Virus record (IMG/VR): IMGVR_UViG_3300029305_003084
Strand: one strand, 5' to 3'
Origin: a virus
Lineage: Duplodnaviria > Caudoviricetes
DNA length: 64,000 nucleotides
The translations under genes were made by a program, and so were the position numbers. Positions 24,101-31,565 of the stretch are shown one piece after another (the stretch's first letter is position 1; the number at the start of each line of letters is the position of its first letter). The notes beneath the pieces were generated by a model. The model was given only the letters and a program-made list of their open reading frames with translations, was not told where the DNA came from and made no database searches.

Positions 24101-27070
24101 GAAAATAAAACATTATGGGCGAAAATGAAAGAAAAACTTACTGGTAAACCAGAAAGTGATTTAAGTAAAGATGATAAACAAGCACAGATTGAAAGTATTG
24201 AACTTGCTTTCAGTAATGGTGCTATTGATAAAAAGACATATGATGAAATGATTAGTGATATAAATGGTGACCGAGGTTTATTCGGTAGAATTTCTGATAA
24301 GGTCGGAACATTTGTTGCTGGTATAAATACAGCTGGTGCTAAATGGTTAAATGAACCTTTATTAGATGAAGATGGTCAACCTGTTATTGACCCATACACT
24401 AATCAACCTGTGCCTAAGAATATGATTAGACGTTTAATCCAAAATACTTTCGACGGTAATTTGGGTAAACGTGTCGGTGATTTTGCAAAACAAATTAACG
24501 ATGCTGGTTCTAAGTGGTGGAACGATCCTTTATTAGATAAAGATGGTAATCCTGTTTTAGATCCATATAGTAAACAACCTGTTTATAAGAATGCATTACA
24601 TCGAATGGTAACTAATACATTTGATGGCAATTTAAGTAAACGAGCAGGTGATTTCTTAAAACAAATCAATGATGCTGGATCTAAGTGGTGGAATGCTCCT
24701 CTATTAGATGAGGAAGGTAATCCTGTTTTAGATCCTTATAGTAATCAGCCCGTTTATAAAAATGCATTACATCGTCTAGTAACAAATACATTTGATGGTA
24801 ATTTAAGTAAACGTGTCGGCGACTTCTTAGAGCAGATTAATAATGCTGGTTCTAAGTGGTTTAACAAAGAATTGAATTTTATTGACCCTATTACTAAAAA
24901 GAAAGTAAAAGTTAAAGAAATTGGCACATATATTATTAACTCTTTTATGAGTATTCCTAGTAAGATTGGCGAATTCTTTAGTAATTTCTTTGATAATTCA
25001 GACTCTAGTACTAAAGGTAGGAATTTCTGGGATAATGGTACAGCCATAAGTTCTGGTAATACTGAATGGAATAACTATTGGATGGATCAAGCTATTGGTG
25101 GTGCAGATGTTCCTACTGGAGCTACAAAGGCAGCAGTCCAAGCATCTAATAAGCAAAATAACAATAGTGCATCATATAAAAAGAAATTAGAAGAATTAAT
25201 CGGATTATATCGTATATCCAGTAATTATGGTATGCGGTATATTGGTGGTAAAAATAAAATGCATAATGGTATTGACTTAGTCAATGCTAATAATGCACCT
25301 GTTCCAAGTTTTACTGATGGTACTGTAGTTAATGTTGTAAAAGGTTATGCTCCCGACAGTGGATACTATGGTAATAGTGATGGTGGTCAATTTGGTAATC
25401 ATGTAAAAATTAAAGATAATCGAGGAAATACGAGTATCTATGCTCATTTAAATGGTACTAATGTATCTAAAGGTCAAAAAATATCAATGGGACAACAAGT
25501 TGGTATTCAAGGACATACTGGTAGTAGTACTGGATCTCATTTACACTATGAGGTTCGTAAAGGTGATACTCGTCAATCAATGAACCCATTCAATTATTTA
25601 AGAAATAATTTTAGCACATCAGATATTGGTAACACATATATGGGTAGTGCTTCCAGTGGAGATACAATGTCCATTGATGGTGGTATGACATCAACTCCCG
25701 CTGTTGATAAATTAGGACTGGCTACTATGATTTCCGCACTATCTACTGAAATTAGTTCTTCATTAGAACCTTTAAGTGCTATTAGTACTGATATGAATAC
25801 TGTACTCGGTGATTATTTTGGTACTAATGCTCCTACTACTACAATGGGTAGTAGTGACTCAATTGCAGGTATTAATACTAGTGGTGGTTCTTTGAGTTCT
25901 GGTAATTCTGGTAGTGCTGATGCTAATGCTAAACGAGTATATCAATTCTTACGTGGATATGGTATACCTGATGTAAATATTGCTGGTGTTCTTGGTAACT
26001 GGCGTAAAGAAAGTGGTATTGACCCGACTGCAGTTGAATCAATTTATAATGAACCTTATACTATGGGTAGTAGAAAAACTGCTGCAATGGCAAATCCTGG
26101 TGCATTTACTCAGGGATTATTTGCTCAATATGCAAAACAGAATTTTCCTATTAATCGAAATGCATATAAGGGTGACGATGGTATTTACTATCCTGGTATT
26201 GGTTTAGGTGGATTTACTGGTCCTGCTGCAACTAAATTAATTAAATTTGCTAAAGCTCATGGTAAAAACTGGTATGATTTAGACCCTCAGTTAAAGTTTG
26301 CTACTGTTCCTACATCTGAGGGCGGTTATAGAAACTTTATGTCTAAATGGAAAACTTCTGAATCAAGTCCTGCACAATCTGCAAGACGTTTCTTAAAAGA
26401 TTGGGAAGGTATTAGTCCTAATATTGCTGGGATTAAATTAGGTGAACGTCAACAATATGCACAATATTATTATAATAAAATGAAAGAATGGGCACAAGGA
26501 ACTGGTGTTGGTGGTTCTGAAAATGATGGTGTTGTACCAGCATTTGGAGAATTACCTGGTATTAATATTGATAATAATAGAATATCTAGTGTTATTGATG
26601 GTTCTGGTGATGGTAATTCACCAATTAAAATGCAATTAGATGAAAACTTTAAGAAGATATTTAAACGCATTAATGGTATTAATGATATATTAAAAAATAA
26701 TCAAAATGTTAAGTTTAATAATAATTTTGAAACTGTAACATATACACCTCAGACAAAATCTACTAATGATTTTGGTGTTGGTGGTGCAGAAGATAGTGAA
26801 GTAAATCTTCCTGATAAGATTTATGAAATTTTAAATAATATGGTAACATATTTAAGTAATATTGCATCTAATACTGCAGAAACTAAATCAAATACTGGTT
26901 ATATTAAAACAATTTCTGATAGATCTTCTAAATCATCATCTAAGAAATCTAATAGTATAAATGAATCTTCAACTAATAATACGATGCTAGATATTGCGAA
27001 TAAACAGAAACAAGCTAAATCAAGTGATGGATATAAGAATGCTAGATTAATTGCATCTGGTATTCATTAA
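18134..27070 (+). CDS. Tape-measure-like tail protein with M23 peptidase and phage tail lysozyme domains (2978 aa)
   Basis: Gly/Ala-rich hydrophobic repeats; HNGID...GHTGSSTGSHLHYEVR (M23); IAGVLGNWRKESG (lysozyme-2 type). Confidence 0.8.
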   Translation: MAEFNKNDITRTSNWFKNVAKSLGYASYDVVKDKMPFVMATFEDNKSIITDTKQLLRSNRGSTTRLANILGTTAAKNIDSFKIGGKNALEDFKSGKIYNKARETEAILGTGGFDDFDDIFSDGYTDDDISVEIEETESDKPNIIINSNINENNPMVTAIKGQSDLILETAKVTSKQNAIIADVQLKSMSNFVQQLHGGLTTINENVSRVVDFNSNHMTSYVGASLKFYDTQISLMGDVITELKKMTAVTGKKEVDKYQSPIDDVMGDYGGFSLSNYFKLVKKQLNNALDGTMFGGTLKTMFGTEDAFLELVNNPLAIIPKTVISKMIPEMTSKIMESFNKSFENFIPLFFDRIYQWGENKNDPSGIASFIGRTLGVNTSVYTSIDPGKYEKGAIPFDGVTKKAITNVIPTYLRKILAHLTGHDELVYNSDNGKWTTLATVKKDFNKEMNRIATREYSDIYDLESRVSKLNLDYDEQARFNESIRNFFAGLSKSNVGFNPNAKSGDANDLIEMYFKDNSDVTDHQMAEMFRKMIKSLPKSAQMRIAREQLSGRVSVRNWVNEKEANPDTLSDIVSSGIMDDSLYKAKSQIEANNAVRGNAGRNRTDARSLSDYGEYTQDQINELLNGTSPTQSDSNRTGFRKFIEEKFGKLTNAVNNVLIKGDNALYRIIFGKETTDDIDTDGSFVGTLMSGIHKSFNKFFNWFEKGFNKISDRLVGDNGLITKLEQTEFMKKLKSGATKTKDYLFGSKDENGNYHGGLLSDVGNELSNMKNSVKNYIMGPDNENSVLNNIKNMFGSFRTSVNDFLFGENGVDGAKDKAKGVLSDFSDSLRDGFQSFANAFFGTTDKLKDGKLQNKVNIDELTSKLKDFAPKGIAGGIVGGGLGLIASAGGFGLLGSLFLGPMSGVVLGVGASLLSRSERFKNMLFGEHDENGERTGGFISKSVQNFFRDNKNYLIGGAALGTASGILGGLGVLPALVAGGPITGAIFGLGAAMLRKSESFQSFMFGDLDDDGKRRGGLITKLTNAVNSDQAMKKLGHAGAGAIIGGIGGATLGSFGLLGSLSLGPLGGAIVGAGAGIALAADKWKEKIFGKFDEDGNRTEAGLLSKLAVMTSVNVLQPLKYKTMEWRFGVENWFEQKIALPIIEAVDPIKEEFHRIGNKLVDFVGGVAETFHIPDIANGLKNNLFVPVANSVKKVANTAVDGIGKVTGWVLQKPAELVSMVVDRIIVPKHMRDGLRDARKMILKNIADSKPGQMVTKTVTTVGNFTKGVISGVGDFAKTIIKGTFSFLGKGLLAVVKAPFQAISLPIKTIGKLGDMLSNRNVNYGSQETLHDIRSGNRGFLGSIGDLAQTFNPFSNIRASAKYQGVDMDALRERAIKEKFTDKDGNIIPHSEKDLDKEVRRLARKYPGGASYQEDRNRKSSEYRNKISDRAKKRREILEDYKNRIQKNQEFASGLGYNLLSDEDKASVSLKDLNKIEDSVYRKVYGKDYKNKSKFEQDRFKSQQASENATIKMAGAVEDIRNALLGQGAKVNVVNDSSDNISDNPITDSMSSSSDSLIDLDNNTNKSGALARLTSRSESDQYYKNYLTDGVTWAEQKQEREAEEQEKGRQNIFQKILGSLEHGNETRDKSAFDWGKIFSKTGLITAGLLAALPFILNFFKDPSGALSGLVNGLGGFILESFGLKDNDGNRTDSSGNTQVNNNMVESGVRGGGQIASVGSRATATGINAAMKAAEKIRNHTSNLYNNVTKNRQTASNIVDDTLALGAGTTDEQAKGITKFMQLLKTLPSKFASFVESKFSKVKSSSAITKIVNLIDNAAAKITAKTLQGNYSRIARALSYAVPGLNIVAGALDIGFVTYGIISGGTKSETANLFHVAQKDVTAGMRTVSAGLKGMLNYSWAFAFAIVCDLAYEMTGYDLLHNIAVIIYKYLLPNTDDSKLDSKISGFRTEYDQYTLKEQIKKGNVTYDENGNAQYTEGAQIESFDSFNDRENKTLWAKMKEKLTGKPESDLSKDDKQAQIESIELAFSNGAIDKKTYDEMISDINGDRGLFGRISDKVGTFVAGINTAGAKWLNEPLLDEDGQPVIDPYTNQPVPKNMIRRLIQNTFDGNLGKRVGDFAKQINDAGSKWWNDPLLDKDGNPVLDPYSKQPVYKNALHRMVTNTFDGNLSKRAGDFLKQINDAGSKWWNAPLLDEEGNPVLDPYSNQPVYKNALHRLVTNTFDGNLSKRVGDFLEQINNAGSKWFNKELNFIDPITKKKVKVKEIGTYIINSFMSIPSKIGEFFSNFFDNSDSSTKGRNFWDNGTAISSGNTEWNNYWMDQAIGGADVPTGATKAAVQASNKQNNNSASYKKKLEELIGLYRISSNYGMRYIGGKNKMHNGIDLVNANNAPVPSFTDGTVVNVVKGYAPDSGYYGNSDGGQFGNHVKIKDNRGNTSIYAHLNGTNVSKGQKISMGQQVGIQGHTGSSTGSHLHYEVRKGDTRQSMNPFNYLRNNFSTSDIGNTYMGSASSGDTMSIDGGMTSTPAVDKLGLATMISALSTEISSSLEPLSAISTDMNTVLGDYFGTNAPTTTMGSSDSIAGINTSGGSLSSGNSGSADANAKRVYQFLRGYGIPDVNIAGVLGNWRKESGIDPTAVESIYNEPYTMGSRKTAAMANPGAFTQGLFAQYAKQNFPINRNAYKGDDGIYYPGIGLGGFTGPAATKLIKFAKAHGKNWYDLDPQLKFATVPTSEGGYRNFMSKWKTSESSPAQSARRFLKDWEGISPNIAGIKLGERQQYAQYYYNKMKEWAQGTGVGGSENDGVVPAFGELPGINIDNNRISSVIDGSGDGNSPIKMQLDENFKKIFKRINGINDILKNNQNVKFNNNFETVTYTPQTKSTNDFGVGGAEDSEVNLPDKIYEILNNMVTYLSNIASNTAETKSNTGYIKTISDRSSKSSSKKSNSINESSTNNTMLDIANKQKQAKSSDGYKNARLIASGIH
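24323..24860 (+). repeat. Three plus a partial 171-nt (57-aa) tandem coding repeats in the tape measure protein
   Basis: IN.AG.KW.N.PLLD.DG.PV.DPY..QPV.KN...R...NTFDGNL.KR.GDF..Q starting at 24323, 24494, 24665 and 24836. Confidence 0.85.
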
Positions 27071-27181
27071 AAAATATAAAAGAGATATACGTCAATACGT
27101 ATATCTCTTTTATTTTAATAAGTATTATCCGTAAAACAAAATAGTAATATGTAAAACAAATAGAAAGGATGTGACTTATAA

Positions 27182-29035
27182 ATGGGAATTGTCGAATGTA
27201 CATTTAATAGTGTCAATGGACAAAATACTGCAGTAAATGTACGAACGGGTCCATCTGTATCATATAGTATTATAGGAACTCTAATAAAAAAGAATCATAA
27301 ATCATTTTATGTAGATACGTCTGTTAGTGGTGGAAATAGTTGGTATAAGTTACATGAGCCAGAAAAATATGGTATAAAATCAAATGGTAAAACTGTATAT
27401 GTCAGATTATTAAAATCGTATCTACTTAGTCCAGACCCTAGTACATTAACAGCTAGTTCCGGGACATCATCTACTAGTACAACCACTAATACAAATAAAC
27501 CTGCTACAAATGAAGAAATAAAAGAAGCTGCAACCCAAAAAACTAGTCCAGGTTTAGACTCAATCTATAGTTCTATGTTAAAAAACAACTATGGTATACG
27601 AGATCTAGAGAAGATGTCTAGAATCATTGGTATGCCATACCATTTTACTAATGAAACTGACTATAGACCATTTTCTAATGATGGATTACATCTAGGTAGA
27701 AAATTCTTAGAAAATATTATTCATGAAGCTCCAATTGTATCATTAGTTCCTGGTATTCCGTCATATTTGCCAGAGTTATCTGAAGATGATAAAACCGTAT
27801 TTGGTCAATATGTTGAATCAGCATCAAAAGGTGCATTGTTATCCGATGATGTTAAAAGTAAAATAATGTCACAAGATGCTAGATATTTTGGATTTAAAGC
27901 AAATTATGCAAAATATATCAGATATGTAAATAACCTATGTCATCAATGTTCAATATATATGGGTATTGGAGATCTCAATGTTCCTGGTACTACTACAAAA
28001 TATAAACATTACGACTGGGGTAAATGGACAAATGTTAAATATGAATCTAAATCATCTGAAAACTCAGTTTGGGATAAATTAGATAGTAAAGGTGATACTG
28101 GTGATAGAGATGATGTTGGATTCGTGAGTAATCTATTAGAAAGTATCAATGATATGGCTGCAGAATTATATGATGATTATAAATATGTCAGATGCTATGT
28201 AGAAGCTAATGCTTCATTTAGTGAAGATAATAGTAACAATACATCATCTAGTAAGATTGCTGGATTATTTGATACATTAGAAGGATTAGCAAAAGAAGGT
28301 TTATTTTTGGCTGAAGATAGTACATTTTGGGAATCTGTTAAATCTGGACTCATTGAAACTAGTTCAGGTGCTACCGGTGTAGCTGTAGGTGAAGATGGTC
28401 CAAACAGTAATATTAGTAAGCTTGTATCATCTGCAACTCATATTTTAGCAGGTTCTAATGTTATCTTCCCAGATATGTGGGGAGATTCTTCATATAGTAA
28501 ATCATATTCATTCTCACTTAACTTAATTTCTCCATATGGTGATAATGAAAGTATATTTTTAAATATTATTGTACCTATGATGTTTATGATAGCATTATCT
28601 GCTCCTAGACAAACTGGACCGAATACGTATGGTTCACCATTCCTAGTAAAAGCATTTGCTAAGGGATGGTTTTCGTGTGAAATGGGTATTATTGATAATA
28701 TCAGAATTGAAAAGGGTGGAGATGGTACTGCATGGAATATCTATGGTTTCCCAACTGAAGTAAAAATTTCTATGTCAATTAGAGATTTATATACAAATCT
28801 TATGATTACATCAACCACTCAACCTAGTTTATATTTCCAAAACCAAGGATTGATTGAATTCTTAGCAGTTACATGTGGTGTTGATATTTCTACAACACAT
28901 CTTATGACTAAGATTCAAGCATTTGTCAATGCGTATGTAACGTCAGTTACTTCTATTCCATCAAATATGGTGGATAACTTTATTCAGGCATTACGAAATA
29001 AAACTGAAGGTCTATGGAAGATCGGAGGTTTTTAA
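27182..29035 (+). CDS. Baseplate/tail-tube-initiator-like virion protein with N-terminal SH3b-like domain
   Basis: VNVRTGPSVSYSIIG SH3b motif; C-terminal SYSFSLNLISPYG...PTEVKISMSIRDLY. Confidence 0.6.
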   Translation: MGIVECTFNSVNGQNTAVNVRTGPSVSYSIIGTLIKKNHKSFYVDTSVSGGNSWYKLHEPEKYGIKSNGKTVYVRLLKSYLLSPDPSTLTASSGTSSTSTTTNTNKPATNEEIKEAATQKTSPGLDSIYSSMLKNNYGIRDLEKMSRIIGMPYHFTNETDYRPFSNDGLHLGRKFLENIIHEAPIVSLVPGIPSYLPELSEDDKTVFGQYVESASKGALLSDDVKSKIMSQDARYFGFKANYAKYIRYVNNLCHQCSIYMGIGDLNVPGTTTKYKHYDWGKWTNVKYESKSSENSVWDKLDSKGDTGDRDDVGFVSNLLESINDMAAELYDDYKYVRCYVEANASFSEDNSNNTSSSKIAGLFDTLEGLAKEGLFLAEDSTFWESVKSGLIETSSGATGVAVGEDGPNSNISKLVSSATHILAGSNVIFPDMWGDSSYSKSYSFSLNLISPYGDNESIFLNIIVPMMFMIALSAPRQTGPNTYGSPFLVKAFAKGWFSCEMGIIDNIRIEKGGDGTAWNIYGFPTEVKISMSIRDLYTNLMITSTTQPSLYFQNQGLIEFLAVTCGVDISTTHLMTKIQAFVNAYVTSVTSIPSNMVDNFIQALRNKTEGLWKIGGF

Positions 29036-29041
29036 TGTATA

Positions 29042-29653
29042 ATGAACAATAAATATGTAAAGGAATACAATGATAAATATGGTGATATTCCTAATGAATT
29101 TATGGATAGATTTATATATCTTATTAACTTATTGAAAATAAAAATGTCTGATGTTGATAAAATAAAAAAACTAATTCAAAAAAATTTAAAAATAAAATAT
29201 AATGAAGTATCATTTGTATTTTATTTTACACCACAAGCAACTCCTAGGCCAAGATATTCTAAATTTACAAAATCATTTTATGTTAAAAATAAAATGAACT
29301 ATAATGAAGTATTTGGTAGATATGTAAAAAGTATAAATACTGGACAGTTTCCAATTAAAACTCCATGTGAATTTTATTGTAAAGCATATTTACCAATTCC
29401 ATCATCTATGAATAGATTCGAGATTATATTAGCTGAACTAGGATTAATACATCATATGAGTAAACCGGATTTTGATAACTTAGCAAAAACATACTCAGAT
29501 ATGATACAAAAACATTTAATTCAAGATGATGCTATTATATATAAAGGTGTTATAGAAAAACACTATTCTATTAAACCAAGAATAGAAATATCTATACGAT
29601 ATATGGAAGAATTTGATTCCAAATTTAATAAACGTAAAATGAAAAATAAATAA
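29042..29653 (+). CDS. rusA: RusA-like Holliday junction resolvase
   Basis: PRPR, KPDFDNLAK, IQDDAII, KHYSIKPRIEI. Confidence 0.8.
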   Translation: MNNKYVKEYNDKYGDIPNEFMDRFIYLINLLKIKMSDVDKIKKLIQKNLKIKYNEVSFVFYFTPQATPRPRYSKFTKSFYVKNKMNYNEVFGRYVKSINTGQFPIKTPCEFYCKAYLPIPSSMNRFEIILAELGLIHHMSKPDFDNLAKTYSDMIQKHLIQDDAIIYKGVIEKHYSIKPRIEISIRYMEEFDSKFNKRKMKNK

Positions 29654-29674
29654 AAATAATGGAGGTATACTCAT

Positions 29675-30010
29675 ATGAATTTTTCTGAAATTATTAATGA
29701 TGAAAATATTTCATTGCAACTAAAGCAATATAATAGATATATGAATGAACATGCAGACGAAATTGGGTATGTTAGAGAAGATATTTATAATGAATTAAAT
29801 AATTTATATAAAGAAGTATTTTATTCTGAACTTGAAGGAATATTCTGTGTTTCTTTAAATAAAGAATTTACAGAATCTGATGAAAACCTAATAAATACAA
29901 TTATATTAACTGCAATCGATAGACATACTCCTGCTATGCCTGATTTTTTAAGAAATCACTTTTTTAATTTATATAATACATCAGATAAACTATTTATCAA
30001 AACAAAATAA
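29675..30010 (+). CDS. Hypothetical protein
   Basis: 111-aa ORF with GGAGG SD. Confidence 0.65.
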   Translation: MNFSEIINDENISLQLKQYNRYMNEHADEIGYVREDIYNELNNLYKEVFYSELEGIFCVSLNKEFTESDENLINTIILTAIDRHTPAMPDFLRNHFFNLYNTSDKLFIKTK

Positions 30011-30066
30011 ATTAATAGGAATAATACATATATTATGTATTATTCCTATTAATATTTTTTTATCTA

Positions 30067-31518
30067 TTAGAATCCTTTTAAGAATTCAATATACTCATCA
30101 TAGTCCTTAGCAAACTGAGGATTCTTTTCTTTTTCTTCCTTTAATTTATCGATACCAATTTTACATAAATTTTTCATATCATCCTTGATGTTATCATCAC
30201 AATTATTGACAATCTTAGAAATTTCTGCTTTAGATTTATCAATATTCTTCTTATTCTTTAAATTTTGTAAATCTTTAAAGAAAATAGCACGAGCTTTAAC
30301 AAATTCCTCAGATTCTACATGTTTGCCTACAGATTCTGTGATAGGACCAGCTTTAGTAATATGACGATTAGAGATATTATCTGTCATCTTCTTAATGTCA
30401 TTATATGTATAGTCCTTAAGCTTTAGAGTATACATAGTTTCCATTAGGGTGTACTTAACTAAAGCTTCAGCCATAACGACATCCATATCAACAGTATTAG
30501 CATTCTCTAATACTAAGTTTTTATCAATACCATCTAGTTCATCGATTGAAGTCTCATCTTGGTCGTCAGATACATCTTCATATTCAGTAGAATCACTGTC
30601 TACATCATAGCCTGCAACCATGTCATCATTTCTTTCAGCATTATTAATAACTGTTGATGTAATTGCCATGTTTTCAGCTAAAATATTTTCATATGTATCC
30701 TGGAGAATTGCGTTGAATAATGTTGCTTCATGTAAGATATTATTGTTTAATACAATTTTAGATACTGCTTCGTCAATTGTATCATTGTCAACGACATCTT
30801 CATCATCAACTAATTCATTTTCAATATCTGCGACAAGTTCATCATTTTTAGTCTGGTTCTCTTTCTCATCACGTACAACTGTGAGAACCTTATCCTTTAC
30901 TAATTCGGATAGTTTATCAGCATCAAGATCACCCTTGATATAGTCTAACTTTTCCTCTTCTTCATTATTCAGATTGAAATTAAAGTCATCCACAGTTTCT
31001 TTAGATTCTTTAATGATTCGTTTAACGATATCATTAGATAGTGACTCACAAGACTTTTTCATCTTTTTTAATAATACTGAATCTGTATCATTGATAGCAT
31101 TTTCAAGTAGTTTAAAGCCACCTTCAGAATCAATAAAGTTATCAGTTACCTGCTTAAGCATGGTCTGGTTTTCATGCACAAAATCAGCATCTAATACAAG
31201 TGCATTACTAAATACTTCAAAAACAATATCTTTGAAAATATTGAGTTTATAATCAGAACCAATAGTACTAATCTTATTAGTAATTTGTGATTCTGTAATA
31301 GACTGCTTAGATAAAGATTCTAGACGAGCATTAATTTTATCAGCATGTTCCTTTGCCGCAATCTGATAATTTACCATATCTAACTTATCTTGACGAGCAA
31401 TTCTACGAAGAGCCTGATTACTGATCGCAGATTCACTGATCATATCGATCTTTTTTAATTCTTTTTTATTGAAAGAAGTAGATTCTACTCTACGTTCAAC
31501 GTTTTTGAATACGTTCAT
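30067..31518 (-). CDS. Acidic virion/head-associated protein
   Basis: Late promoter 31549-31560; several hydrophobic-x-E-(S/A/N) protease-like sites. Confidence 0.55.
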   Translation of the reverse strand: MNVFKNVERRVESTSFNKKELKKIDMISESAISNQALRRIARQDKLDMVNYQIAAKEHADKINARLESLSKQSITESQITNKISTIGSDYKLNIFKDIVFEVFSNALVLDADFVHENQTMLKQVTDNFIDSEGGFKLLENAINDTDSVLLKKMKKSCESLSNDIVKRIIKESKETVDDFNFNLNNEEEEKLDYIKGDLDADKLSELVKDKVLTVVRDEKENQTKNDELVADIENELVDDEDVVDNDTIDEAVSKIVLNNNILHEATLFNAILQDTYENILAENMAITSTVINNAERNDDMVAGYDVDSDSTEYEDVSDDQDETSIDELDGIDKNLVLENANTVDMDVVMAEALVKYTLMETMYTLKLKDYTYNDIKKMTDNISNRHITKAGPITESVGKHVESEEFVKARAIFFKDLQNLKNKKNIDKSKAEISKIVNNCDDNIKDDMKNLCKIGIDKLKEEKEKNPQFAKDYDEYIEFLKGF

Positions 31519-31565
31519 GGTATATATCACACCTTTCATATATACTTTTACAATAATGTTTTTTA

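Noticed and set aside
20458-26670. Many antisense or alternate-frame ORFs within long genes (also at 5435, 11453, 30620, 36932 and others)
   Set aside because: Shadow ORFs of codon-biased genes, with no RBS or recognisable motifs.
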